A program made the position numbers and the translations under genes. The notes beneath the pieces are model-generated. The model was given only the letters and a program-made list of their open reading frames with translations. It was not told the origin of the DNA and made no database searches. This document shows, one piece after another, positions 25,699-39,700 of a stretch of DNA of 64,000 nt; the first letter of the stretch is position 1; each line of letters opens with the position of its first letter. This DNA is from Rhizophagus irregularis (taxonomy: Eukaryota), in the NCBI RefSeq assembly GCF_026210795.1, contig NC_089429.1, forward strand, positions 6,510,001 to 6,574,000, given 5' to 3'.

Positions 25699-28600
25699 TT
25701 TCGTAGGAATAAGATTCCCGAATCCCGATAAGTAAAGTTACTATTGAAGAGATTATTCGGAATGTAACCAATTACATTAGAAGCGAACACCATATCAACG
25801 AATTAGATGAAATATCGGTCAATACAAGACTACATCAAATCATTATCTCACTATTGGGCTGTTTTTTTTTTATAAGTGTTTAATTTTTTAAATAATTAAC
25901 GTGTTTATAGCCAATATTACCCTTTTTATGTCATTTATTACGATAATTTCTTTAAATTTACCCATGTTAATTACCGACAAATAGAAATGCTTAGTAAATA
26001 GAAAACATAAAACGGATCTACGTAATTACCTTTTTGAGGTATTAACCATTAAAAACAAACGTGATAAATCATTAAGAAAAAATGTAACACAAAAATTCTC
26101 CATAATAAAATGCTTATATCTTTTATTTTTAATGAAAATAATGTTATACATTGACAGAAAAAAGTTATTTATTATTAATTCATTTTATTTATTAAAAAAA
26201 AATTAATAAAAAATTTATCTTAATGAGGCATAATTTTATAAATAAGCGGAGGCAATAAAACAATAAAACGAGTACGGGAGTAATAATAATAATTCGGATG
26301 TTGAATAAAATCATCTGTTATAGGCTATTGGAATTGATTTATGAATTTATAAATTAAAAATTAATCAAACATCTTTACTTTTAATATAAAAAAAAATGAT
26401 AAAAATTTTCTAGAATTACCATAGGTAAGAAAAAAATTAACGATTTTGTAAGTAATTTTACGTATACAGGGTGGAAAACCTAAGAAAATTAATTGAATTA
26501 TTACAAATATTATAAAGGAGAAAAAATAGTAAAATACATTCGAAAATTAAAATAGTCACTTACGATCGATGAAATTTTAAACGAAATACGAATAACGATG
26601 GTACTTGTAATTAATTAATTACAAGGACAATTTTCTCTTTAAAAAATAGCAGTCCATATTTATATAAAATTTGGTGATGTCTGTACATAAAGTTGGTATA
26701 ATAAATATCACAAAAAGTGATTATTCAGATTTCAGATGATGCATTTGGATACACGCAGGTAAACTATTTTGATAAGTTCCCGTCTTATCAAAATCCTTTA
26801 TGCAATTTTATGCATGATCTACATGCAAATACTGTATATGCAGGTCAATGTTAAACACGAAATTAAAATACTTTTTTAAAAAGTGTAAATATTAATTTAT
26901 TACAATTTCTTGAAAATATTTCACGATAAGTCAAATGAACTTTAACTGAAAATGATTAATTATTAAAATTATTTGAAATTTATTAAAATTTTAAGTCATG
27001 AATGAATACACAAAAATTAAAATAAAAAGTAATAGATATAAACTTTGCATTTCTATATATAAAATATCACTAATAAGTTCATCGTAAGAGTAAACTATCA
27101 GAATCTCATTTCATTTATATCTACAATTTATTATATTTAAGATTTTCCCTCCTTGTTGCTGTTGTTTGTAATACTTTAATAAACAAAAATAAGGAGGAAT
27201 GATGGTTTATTCCTCCTTATTTATTTATTTGTTTATTTAAAAAGTTCACTGAATTTTTCTATGTTTTCTCGTGATCAATCTACTCACGTGATCAACCACA
27301 AGAGAAACCAATCAGATGTTTTTCGCTTTAGAAAAATGTTCATTGACAGAAAATAAAATAAAAAAAATAAAATAAAATAATAATAAAGTTCTGTCCTTGG
27401 ATATAATAATAATTGGATTTAATTAAGGGAACTATAAATAAGAAATATTGTCCTTTATCCTGATCGAGACAATAATTCTTGTAAAATAAAATTATTTTAA
27501 TTTGGCTTCTTCGTGGACAATAATTCATGTTCTGAAGCGAACTTTAAAAGTATCTAATTCACCATACATTTCAGTAATTCAGTAAGTAATAGTATAAGTG
27601 AATGTGTCACAAATATTAAGGAAAGTTTTTTTTGAAATATATATAAAACAATCATAGGATGAAACTGTGAAGATTAAATGCTTATATGTTTTGATAATTT
27701 AATAAGCATTTAAGCGTTTAGAAAGAATTAATTTTTTATGTAAATATTTTAGTTTAGATATGAGAATTAGAATTAGAATTTGATATTTTGTTTTTGTTTT
27801 TGTTTTTTTTAAAATAAAACTTTTATTAAAAAATTTCGTTAGAAACTTTAAATTAAAGCCTTTTTATAAGAAAATAAACATATTATATAATTCATTTGGG
27901 ATGCTAAATAATAGAATTGTTTCAAAATCTTTATTAAAATGACGAATTTACTAACTATAGCGTATAATCATTAAAAGTATAATAACAAATTAAAATATTG
28001 AGATCATTATTCACTATTAAGAAAAAAAATATATATGATAACACAATATTATATAAAATTTAGGAATGAAAGGAAATCCTTAATGGCATTTTTGCCTGGA
28101 TCGGTTTGTGTAACATTAGAATTTATTTTTAGCACGCAACATTAATTAAAAACTCCAGATGTAGGTTAACTATAATTGATTTATTGATTTTCCAAAAATA
28201 AATATCAAAGAAAAAAAAGTCTTGTAGAAAAAAAGAAAAATGCATGGTGTATTATGACTCATTCTTTTTTATTTTTTGCGTATCGTAATATCTTTTAAAT
28301 TTTATAAATGTAAATAACCAATAAGGTAAAATATTTCCTGTTTAATGCTCATTAAAGATTTCAACTTTAAAAATATGTATATTTTTTTTGTTCTCATGAG
28401 TATGATTGTGCATAATCAATAAATATTGAATGCAAGTATCAAATTTAGTATTTCATTTACTTCCCAGTCATTCCATTAAACATGATGAAACGACTCTTAA
28501 ATGTACTTTCAATTTTTATAAAACTCTATCAAATTTTTATCTCATTCAAATGGGCTTTTATTCGGTATATTCATAACCTGATATGACAATAACGAATTAC

Positions 28601-29599
28601 TTATTACAGTAACAAAAACAGATAATATCGTGTCATATCTTCACGTGCTAAATTTCACGTGATATAAGAATAATTGAAACTCACAGTAGGTTTCGTCTCA
28701 AATTTATTGCTAAAAAATAAAACTACAGCGTCGGTTTGTCACATGGCACGTATATTAATTTTAATTGGTAGAGAATTAATTTTTGATAATAAATAAATTT
28801 TGGTTTAGATTAAGATTCCCTGATCATTGCCCCATGAAATAATTTATTTTTTTTTGTCTCAAACTCCGGTTCTACTTTGATTTTCTTTATCATTTACTAA
28901 TTAATAAAGTATTACGTTTATCAGCAAAAAAATTATTTCTTTGTCTGTTATATAGTTTATACAAATCAATATAAATTAAAAGATGGCGTGATTGGGGAGA
29001 TAAAGCATGCAAGGAAACTGAGGAGATCTAAATCGGGAAAAAAGAACGAAAATACTTGCACGAATTTTCTAGATATTTCTTGTTTCTCCATACGTACGTT
29101 ATTATTATTATTATATTAATTAATTAGTCATATAAGCTAATTTATTTAAAGCCCCTTTCACTTTCCTTTTTTTTAAAAAAATTCTCACAATAAATAAATA
29201 CATAAATGGTTTCATTAGCGTTACGATTACAACGGAAATTTATCCTTTTTTGATAGGACATTCCGATGACCATTTTGTAAAAAAAAAAAGTATATATATA
29301 TTTTGGTTTATACAGCCATTTCGGTTCCAAATATTTATATTATTATTTATGATGAACTAAGATTTTTATGATAAACTAATGAAATAATAAGGTTCCTTTT
29401 TTTTGTTTATGATGAAAGAGAAAAAGTAACGTCCTATCGTTATTGCCGTTATTGTAAAATTTTATTTTTTTAAAAAAAAAACGGGCAAAATGTATATATT
29501 TTTTTTTATCCTTTCTCTTTAAACCCTTCCTCAATTAAAAAACAAAAAACAAAAAATACCTTTCATTTTACCTAAAAATTTTAATTTTTTTTTTTTAAA

Positions 29600-30440
29600 A
29601 TGGAGTCACTTTACGGTGAATTAAAAGTTGAAATCTTCAGATATGTGTTTACACCTATGTCACTCGTCCTCCTCAATCGTAACTGGTATTCTATGTCTCA
29701 AGATCCCCATGCTCGTGCTGAATGGATTATTTATAAGTATGGAGAGCACATGCTCTCTTTCACGCTGTCAGATTAGGGAATAATTTCATAACGGTAGGAA
29801 GTTGTGCAAATATTAGTATATATATATATATATATAAAATTATTTTAAGATATTTCATGCAACGATTGATGATTCAATTCGGTACTTATGACCCGAAATT
29901 GATTGAAATATAATATTAATGTTGACTATGTATGGAAAACTTCCTTACATAGCACCTGAGGTTTTTGTTGGAAGAGAATATACTTTTTATCGTTACAAAT
30001 TTTCACAAGAGGCAGCTGTAACGATTTAGAGTTATTTCATTATTTAACAGCCGGAGCTTTCACGATAAATGACGCACCAGCCATCCTTACCGGACACCTC
30101 AAATTTATCGAAGACTTAATTATTAATAAAAAATTTATACCCTTTCCACCTCGTCCAGTATATAATTCGTATTCTGGAGGTGTAGCTGAGAATTATCTAT
30201 CAAGAAATGGTTATGAGAATAATCGTCAAATTAATTTAATATAAAGGGCAATTCTAATCCATCTAATTATATTATGGAAGAAAATTATGAAATATGTAGA
30301 TTTAGTTGTGGAGGTTACTTTGCTCGTGTGTTTTCCCTCAAACCCACCGAATAATTGGGTATGCCCAAGTACCGACATTATAGTTTAGAAACTACAGAGA
30401 TTATTTAAGCTAGGTTTTCGACTAACTGATAAAATTACAC
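29600..30440 (+). pseudogene. Pseudogene of a Glomeromycota-expanded family with an F-box-like N-terminus
   Basis: MESLYGELKVEIFRYVFTPMSLVLLNRNWYSMSQDPHARAEWIIYKYG, frameshift, AHALFHAVRLGNNF, QRLMIQFGTYDPKLIE, NDLELFHYLTAG, EDLIINKKFIPFPPRP, GYENNRQINLI. Contains frameshifts and stops. The family assignment is recalled, not searched. Confidence 0.75.
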
Positions 30441-31289
30441 GTAAAAATTTTTTTACGTCAAATTAATTTATGTTGTTCATACAACAGTTTGATAAATGTA
30501 AAATTACATTAAATATAGTAGTAACTTTTTACATAAAAAATTAGAGATCAATAGTTCAATAGACATCACGTGGGATGAAAAATGGGGGTTACTGGGGAAG
30601 AAATTGAAATGCGGTTAAATCAATATCAAGATATCAAGAACATATATTATTTGACATTCTTCCAAAATTTCATAAATTAAATTTGAAGATGAATTTCAAA
30701 AGTCCATTCTTTTCATCTCTTTTAAGTTTGACTAGAGGGTTTTCCAGATTTTATGGAAAAAACTATAAACTACACTTAGAAGAATTAGACTATTTTGAAA
30801 GCAACTCTGGATAATGATATTTTTTCGCATTTAATATAAGATAACAAGTGGATTTGGTGGAAAAATCTTATCACCACACCACTGAATTAAAGTAATAAAA
30901 ATAAAAAAATTTAATCCTATATTGAAAAAGCTTTATTATTTAATTTTTTAATATAAAATAAATTTAAAGGGAGCAATTTCTCGATCCCTAACCAATTTTT
31001 TATAAAAAGCGAAGTTTTTTTTTTTTGACTTGTATTAGTTTATTTATTTATTTATTTTATGGATAGAAAAATCAAGCCCTAATTAGAAATATAATAAGAA
31101 CTTAAGAACTATCCGAATCAGGATAGTAATATGTTGCATTATCAAAAGAAGAAGAAAAATTTGACTTGTATTAGTTGTTGATTAAATAACCAATTGTAGA
31201 AATTTGAGATCACGTGAGAATCTCCTTTTTATCCCGGCAAAAAAAAAATGTAAATATATAATATATATTTAAGTGTGATAGGCTAAAAT

Positions 31290-32180
31290 AACGAACAAAA
31301 TGTTCTTGTACTTGATAATGCACGAATTCATCATTATGAACGGTACAGGAACGCGACAAACGACAGTGCACATCCTCCGTCGGAGGATGAACAATTTGAA
31401 GATGCATTAGCGAGTCCTAAGTTATTGGCGATTTCGATAGTACCTAAAAGCAAAGAAGAGCTTGAAGATTATAACAAGTTGAACAATGGATTTAGTACCA
31501 GAATAAATGAGATTAACGGTTGAACAAATTTATAGTAAGGTTTGTTTTGTTTGCGTTGGAAAAGGTTTGCGGAACACGCGATCGAGTGGAAAATTTTCGA
31601 TCGTACTTCGAATATGTTTCCGTCAAGGCGTAAATTTAATGGGGTTTATTTTTAATGTATTAATTGGGGTTTTTTTTTGTTTTGGTTGTTTTGATTTAGC
31701 TTTCACAGAAGCAATTTTCTTTGTTTGTTTGTTTATATCAATTTTTTGGGGGTAGTAAAGATGGAAAAGCGGAAAATATAGAAAACAGGAAAATATTAAA
31801 TAATCAAAAAAAAAAAAAATGTTAAAAAATATTAGTTTAAAAAATTTATTAGTTAGTTAAATCATTTAGATAGAGGTCGGTTAGTTATAGAGTCATTAAT
31901 GGTTTGATGTTAATGTCTTAGGTATTTTTAAAAAATTATAAAAAATTATGTAATCTTTTAAGATTTAAATAATTAATAAAAATGCGTTACTAATTCAAAA
32001 ATTTCGGCATTATGAAGATATTATAGAATATATTGAAGCATTTGGTGGTCGTGTTGATATTTTACCCTCTTATTCTCTTGATTTTAATCCTATAGAAACT
32101 TGTTTTTCTGATATATTCTAGATATCCTCTTTTAAGAGCATGTTCTCAAATTACTTCACAAATGGCCGAAACATTTTATA
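31290..32180 (+). mobile_element. Tc1/IS630-type DDE transposase C-terminal remnant, split by a 667-bp insertion
   Basis: NVLVLDNARIHHYE (31299-31340) continues as DIIEYIEAFGGRVDILPSYSLDFNPIETCFS (32017-32110), the classic DN..IH and LP.YSPD.NPIE motifs. Confidence 0.85.
31341..32007. mobile_element. Unclassified insertion flanked by a 9-bp target-site duplication
   Basis: CATTATGAA at 31332-31340 and 32008-32016. Removing the insert and one copy restores the transposase reading frame. No TIRs visible. Confidence 0.8.
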
Positions 32181-32449
32181 TAATTTATATGTAATAGTAT
32201 AAACTAGTTTTACGCGATCGATCGATCGCAGCATGTATAACAATAACAATTAGGTCTGTCATATGTTTTACGTAATACATTTACGCTATACATATCATTA
32301 ATCAAAATTTGTTGACAAAATAAAAAAAGTCTTTTATTGTTTTATTATTGATCAGTAATTACAAAAAGAATTTGATCGATTGTTATTACGCATACTAAAA
32401 TTCCATAAACTATTTGTAAAATTTTGCCATCCTATTTGTTTACACTAAG

Positions 32450-35400
32450 ATCATAAATCTGATTTACAGAAATTCGTTGTTCTTTAAAAATATCTTTAAA
32501 TCATGTTGTAAATTCTTCTCCATCACCTGATGATTCATCTAATTTACATCAAAAGATAGAACTTGTTGTTTAGGAAAAAATAATGTATTTGGTGGTGAAT
32601 TAGGTGTATCATTTCGATTATTTGTAATAGAATTTTGCATAAAAGAAATCATTTGAGGCGGGATATCAAAAAAAAAAATGGTGTCGTATTATTAATTTTC
32701 GATTTATTGATTATAATGCATGCTATGGAACTTCAATAAAAAAAAAATAAAAGACAGAGTAATACGAATTTCATTAATCGGGATGTCTATATAGAGTTAA
32801 ATTTGTCCAGTGAAAATTTGAATTTTGAGTAATAGGCGTTAAAGTTGTAGATATAGTCGTAGATGCTAAAATAATAATAAAATATAAGTATATAAATTAT
32901 ATTAGAATTTAAGAATTTACTAAAAATAATTAAGATGTTACCTGATCTTTGTTCGACTTGAATTGATTGAAACAGGTCTGACTTATTTCGATAGGAATCT
33001 GAACCATTATATTTTTTTTATGAATATGTACACTCTCCCACTGTCTATTATAAAAATCGCGTCTTCGTTAAAAAATAAATTTTTTAATTTTGTAAATAAA
33101 AATAAATAATATTTACCTACCAATTCCAGAAAGAAGGGAAATGTCACGACCATCACAGTTTATATTCGCATGGGCACTTTCTCCAACATTAGCATTATTT
33201 GGTGTTTGGAACCAAATAGTGTGATCCATTTTGGTGAATACATGTGAAATCTGATCTAAACCATATATACGAAGGCGAAGGGGGCGGAGAAAGAAGAGAA
33301 AGAAGAGGTGATAAAGGAGGATAAAACCCAACACTCGCCCATGATGAGAGTCATATCTGTGATCCGTTCGTTACATTCGGGCAAGTGTTGTACTGGATAT
33401 TATTCATTTTGTTACGAAATTTCTGCAATACTTTGTGATCGTCCTCGCTAATAGTAGTAGACGTTGTTGATCTGACGTGCATGTATCTATTATCATCCTC
33501 TCTTTGAATATGTTCGTTGTCATTTGGTTCGTTTATTTGCCGATCTTGTAGTTGATTCTTATTACGAGCTCGCAACACGCGTTTACGATTACCTTCCTGT
33601 GCTAAGCGAAGAACACGTTCCTCATCGATTCCCATTTCTTTTTTATCGTTTCTTCTTTTGCGAACGCTTTCTAGACGTTCTTTTCACTTTCTTGCGCGCG
33701 TTTTCGTTCGCTTTCTCGGTTTAGTCGAGCTTGCCATTGTTCCGCCGTCTCCTGTGCTTTAGCTTTTCGCTTTGGAACACGCCTATCCTTCACTCAGTCT
33801 ATATAAAAATTTAACGTTTAATATTTATTTAAGTAATTTTAATAAAATTAAATTTAGTAATTGTAATCGATTTAGATTGATATTAAAAGCCAAATAGTTT
33901 TGTTAACTACCTGCGGTTCCTGATTCTTTACAATACTCGATTTTGTTTAATATTTCTAAGATTTATTCTTGCGTGTTTAAAGAAGGTATTGCATACATAG
34001 AATTCCAAATTTCTCTTGATAATTTTCTTTCTTATCAATGATTCTATAATTAAGAAGATAATTAACAATTTAATATCAGCAATAATTAATAATTTCCAAA
34101 AAATTGTTATTTTATAACTGAACTTACCGTTTATAATGAACTTGACATAATTTATAAATATTTGTACGTGTTCAATTGGCGTTAGATGTGGATACTGTCC
34201 TAATTCCTAAACTTTTTAAAAAATTTTTTTTAACATTATAAATTTATCATTAAAATAATTAAAATATATAATTATTAATTTACCTAACGCTTGTCCTTTA
34301 TATTGGTCAGCAATTATACTGTACATCCTAATCCTTTGTTTCGCCTATATATCTTTTAATACAATTAAATAAGTCTTCAAATAAGTTTATCTGTTTCAAT
34401 ATTTTTAAATTTGTAAATCAGTAATTATAAATAAAAATTAATAGATATTATCATTAATCTCATTTTAACTTACTTTTTTGTACTTGAGGCTGATATACTG
34501 CTACTTCCCATTCATTTGTAATACCATGAATTCTTTTAAATGTCGTATCAATTTAAATATATGCTAATTCAGAAAGTGCTTGAGCGTCTACTTATTTCAA
34601 TATTTTAATTGATTTTAGATTGGATGGATGCAAATCACTTATTGCCTTTCCATTTAAATAGCTTTAATCACAGACCCTACTTATAATTATCAGTGAAAAT
34701 TGATTTGTAAGTTTTTAATTACTTCGTAATTATAAATATTATGCCATAACATACCAGCTAAAAGCTTCTTGCTGTTAAATCAAATTTGAAAATGGGCTGT
34801 GAGATCACGACGGAATAGTATGAAGCAATTCGGTTGTTTCCTCTGTTCCTTATTAGGGTTGTAATGGACTATTTTAATTTTTTTTTTATGATCCATGGTG
34901 ATTTCAAAATTGAAGAAACCCACTTTTTTATCTTCAGATAACATTTGCCAGATTTTTGAAGCAGCCTTTGCATTTATTTGAAATGTGCTGCGAGATCACA
35001 ATGGAACAGAATGAAACAAGTATATCTTCATTATCAAATATTTTTTAAAGTTGACTTCTTACATTGTATGGTGTCTTGTAAGGCGGTAAAGCTGAATGAT
35101 TATGTTTACCTACTTATATTGTTACAATAAATGGGCAATCACTTAAATTTTCTGGAATCATATGGTAAAGTTTAACTGGACAATTATCAGTCTTATTTTT
35201 TATAATTCCCTCAACGACGTGATTTCCAGCTTTATGTAACAATGCTTTAATAAAAACAATAAAATATTAATAAAAAATAGATGGATAATACAAACATTAT
35301 TGTTTAAAATTACTTACAGCATTCATCAGATCGTGTATTATTAGAGCGTGCCATATATAACATTCATCTATTACACTACTGCAATTAAATATTAATATTA

Positions 35401-36130
35401 ATTATTAATTACGTTAATATTAAATAATCTATATTTTAAAATCGAGTTTACCTCAAAATCAAAGCCATTAGGATGGTAAGAATGTTCAAACTTCTTTTTT
35501 TGCCATTGACCCAATTATCTATAAATAATTTATATAAAATAACAAAGGTTATTCGTAATAGAATTAATTATTAACGTTATAGCAATAACAAATTGTAAAC
35601 ATGAAGTTACTTTTTTTAAATAAAAATAAATATAAAAAAAATATGTTTGAATATACTAAACGTACTTGTGTAAATCTTTAAATCTTTGGTGTACAATTAA
35701 ACCGTATTCCGTTTTGACATTTGTATTCATGTGGTTTGACGAATATACTGTAAATTTAAATAAATAAATTAAAATATTAAATTTTTATATTATAACTAAG
35801 CGTAAAATACTAACCAAAATGTTGCCTTTTCCTGAAATTTTTCATTGGCATCGATTAAATTTTTAAAGTAAACCCACAGATGTGTGATCCGCATTTAATA
35901 GTTCTTAACTTCGGGAAAGAATCACAATTTTTTATTATTCGAGATGTACCACTACCTCCATAAGAATATTGAATGTTTGTCATTGAAAATGCTTTCCTTG
36001 CTTCATTTTCATCCCATCCTGACACATTATATACACTGGCAATACCGGTTTCGGCTACATTGGGATGTTCTTGAAATTCAATACCGAACTTCAGATACTG
36101 TTAACTTTTGGCCAATGAATAGACCACTAA
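32450..36130 (-). mobile_element. Intron-containing MULE-like DDE transposase remnant
   Basis: Exon fragments IDTTFKRIHGITNEWEV (~34505-34555), IIADQYKGQAL (~34285-34320), IFIKLCQVHYKR (CxxH, ~34128-34165), D*VKDRR, and FTKMDHTIWFQTPNNANVGESAHANIN (33160-33240). GT-AG introns and many stops. Confidence 0.65.
33350..33775 (-). mobile_element. Helitron-like N-terminal coding fragment nested in the MULE-like gene
   Basis: Charged repeats ETAEQWQARL and EERVLRLAQE, then LQKFRNKMNNIQYNTCPECNER (CxxC), resembling fungal Helitron RepHel N-termini. Interrupts the host exon between D*VKDRRVP and SHVFTKMD. Confidence 0.5.
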
Positions 36131-36714
36131 TTTTAAAAAAAATTATTTATTAATCATTATTTAACGTTAATAAAAAGTCCAATTTTGCATTTATGCTATT
36201 TTCCCGCCTATTTTAGCAGCCAATATGGTATTTTTAACCTTATGCAGACGGGTCAAGTAAAAAAGCTGATACTTTTTTGCAATACATATCTAATATATCT
36301 AATATATCTAATATCGATAACCTAAATAAAATTTTGCTTTTAACATACCTCTTCATTAGTTCATTAATTTCTACAGATTAGGTAGTTTATAAGCTTTATA
36401 AGCACATTTTACTAAAAAAAAAAAATTGGTAATGTACTGATTTTTATTGTTGTACGATCGTAATCGATCTAAACGTGATAATCAATTTTAAAGCATTTAT
36501 CATAAAATAAAAATACAAAAGTAAAATACAAGCTCTATAATCGCACCATGTTATCTTTTAATTAATATTTGCGTTCTGAATAAAAAAGCTAATAAAGACA
36601 ATTTCAAGTTAGCTAAACATAATTACTTTATTGTAATATACTATTTAATACATTATTACATTTTAATACCCGAGATTGATTCCACAAGTTCTTATATATA
36701 TCTTTATTATTATT

Positions 36715-39700
36715 TTATTCAACACTTTCTGCTTGTTCAAGTGGAATTTCATCGACAGGTGGTAAATCAAATTCATTTTCAACGTCAGATTCCGTTTTTA
36801 AGCGCTCATTAAATGACCTTGTTAATTCAATGGGTAATGAAAAATACTTATAACAATAGATACATTTTGATCCCAACCTAGCGAAGACAATACGCGAAAA
36901 AGCATCTCTGACAATATTAGTCCCGTTCTGGAGATCCGCTCCATGGTTTCCTCTTCTTCTACAACTTTTGACAGCACCTCCGATTTTATTGCCAACCAAC
37001 GACTTAACTCATCAGGATCACGAAAATCCGCTTCGAGATCCGAAGTGGAAAATACTTGCATGTCGTATCTCAGGACACGGCTTAGTACGCATGTCCACAG
37101 ACGAGTACATATCCATTACAAAATATTGTTACAATAATCACAAATTGGCCTTGATTGGAGAGAAACCATAGCCAGAAGTAGCGCTCCAATGGGTAATCTT
37201 TTAGTAATAGTAGTATTGTTTTTTAATTCTTGCACCCTCTATTTTTATTTTCGCTTTCCTTGATTAATCCAAATTTTCTCAAAAGATTATAGGAGAAATA
37301 TTGCCGTCCGCTTTATCATCAAAATCCAGATTCTTTTTCCATTATCATTCCTATGATGATCAATAAAAATTGCATCCCGCCTTAACTATTTTCTGGCCGG
37401 ATGTATTCCTTATAAACTGTGGAAGTTTTCAACAGGATATTCATCAAACATTTGCAACTGGGATTTAAGAGTATTGATGATTGGATGATGAATATGATGA
37501 ATAGAAATCCAATATTGAATATCAGATATACAAGGCAAGAATCACTTTGTCATAATTTTTTCGTCCAAACCTTCTCATTACTGTCCATAAGCGAAATACT
37601 GACTGTTTCAATATATTGATCAAAATTATTTCCTCTAAATAATATAGCATATACACCCAATGTAACAGTAACAAAATTGTCTAACAAATCTATGAACGTA
37701 CGATATCCAAGATTTTTTGATTGTCCAAATCGTGCAACAAATATGAGACTTTACAATATTCCAACCTGCATGTGCTAAAAAGGTGAATGATTAATACATC
37801 AAGGTTTTGGATACGCGTATAGTTCGTTGAAAAATGGATGAAAAGTTAAAAAAAACAACTTTAACGGGTATTTAGAGAAACATGTAAAGGTCCCCCTTAT
37901 CCTAATTTTCCTTATTCTAATTTCCCTTACCCTAATTTTCTTTCTTTATCTATCTTATTATCTTTATGATGATAGAGATAATTAAATTTCTAAAATCCCA
38001 AAAGGCCAATGAGCAATCAAAACGTGCAACAAATATGAGACTTAACAATATTTCAACTTGCATGTGCTAAAAAAGGTGAAGGATTAATACGTCAAGGTTT
38101 TGGATACGCTACTAAATTGCGTATAGTTCGTTGAAAAATGGATGAAAAGTTAAAAAAACAACTTTCACGGGTATTTAGAGAAACATGTAAAGGTTCCCCT
38201 TATCCTAATTCCCTTATTCTAATTTCCTTTCCCTTACCCTAATTTTCTTTCTTTATCTATCTTATTATCTTTATAATGATAGAGATAATTAAACTTCAAA
38301 AGGCCAATGAGCAATCAAAACGTGCAACAAATATGAGATTTTACAATATTTCAACTTGCATGTGCTAAAAAAATTGAAGGATTAATACGTCAAGGTTTTG
38401 AATACGCTGCTAAATTGCGTATAGTTCGTTATTATCCTAATTTCCCTTATCCTAATTTCCCTTACCCTAATTTTCTTTCTTTATCTATCCTATTATATTT
38501 ATGATGATAGAGATAATTAAACTTCAAAAGGCTAATGAGCAATCAAAACGTGCAACAAATATGAGACTATACAATATTTCAACTTGCATGTGCTAAAAAG
38601 GTGAAGGATTAATACGTTAAGGTTTTGGATACGCTGCTAAATTGCGTATAGTTCGTTGAAAAATGGATGAAAAGTTAAAAAACAACTTTCACGGGTATTT
38701 AGAGAAACATGTAAAGGTTCCCCTTATCCTAATTTCTCTTATTCTTATTTCCCTTACCCTAATTTTCTTTCTTTATCTATCCTATTATCTTTATAATGAT
38801 AGAGATAATTAATTAAACTTCTAAAATCCCAAAAGGCCAATGAGCAAGATGGATCATGGAATTACAACAACATGACTTTAACATTTAGCATCAAATTAAA
38901 TTTGTATTTCTATTGGAATTGAATATTGGTTAATTTAATAAATATGATCGTACTTCAAAGAATAAGTTACATATTACCCAAATAGTTTAGTTAACACTTT
39001 TAAATAGTCATTCATATTTTTTTGGTATGAAATCAACAAGTTTAGTTGTATCAAAATTTCGGGCTGCATCATAACGTATCGAAATCCAGGTGGATTTTTG
39101 TGCATTATAGCTAATTGCAAATTCTGGTCATATATTGTGAATAAAGGATATTCTTAAGCAACACAGCATCAACGCCATTTATGGTGTAAATATATGGTGC
39201 GACACTAGTATTAAGTAAAGTAGTTGCTATATGCGAAATACGATTGATAAATGTTACGCTTGGAGTGCGAGATTCATGTAAATCATGATAATCATCCACG
39301 TTAAGAATTAAAAAAGTAAATTTATTTTTTAAATTAATATTTGAATACTCATAAATTACAAAATACATGAGTTTTCTAACATTATATGAAATTTATTTTT
39401 GAACTGTTTGTTCATGCGCCGCAACTATTTTTTTCTTGTTATATACAGTTTTATATGTCACGCTTATGCCCATTAATTGTATTAATTCCAACTGTTGATG
39501 TACCAGTACCAGTAATATACAATCCAATAGCAGCTTTTGTCGTTTGTTTCGCAATGCTGCCATTTGATAACAAAGCATCATCACTTTTTGCCTTAATTGC
39601 TGTCTTGTTTTTTTTTTACTTTTTTCATCGGGGTTCATAGATCTAAATAAAAAACCATAAAGCTCTGGATCACGAGTTTCTATTAAGCAAACATGAATGT

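Noticed and set aside
37885..38770. True telomere or interstitial (TTAGGG)n array
   Set aside because: Only about one exact TTAGGG per unit within a 15-bp motif; reported only as telomere-like.
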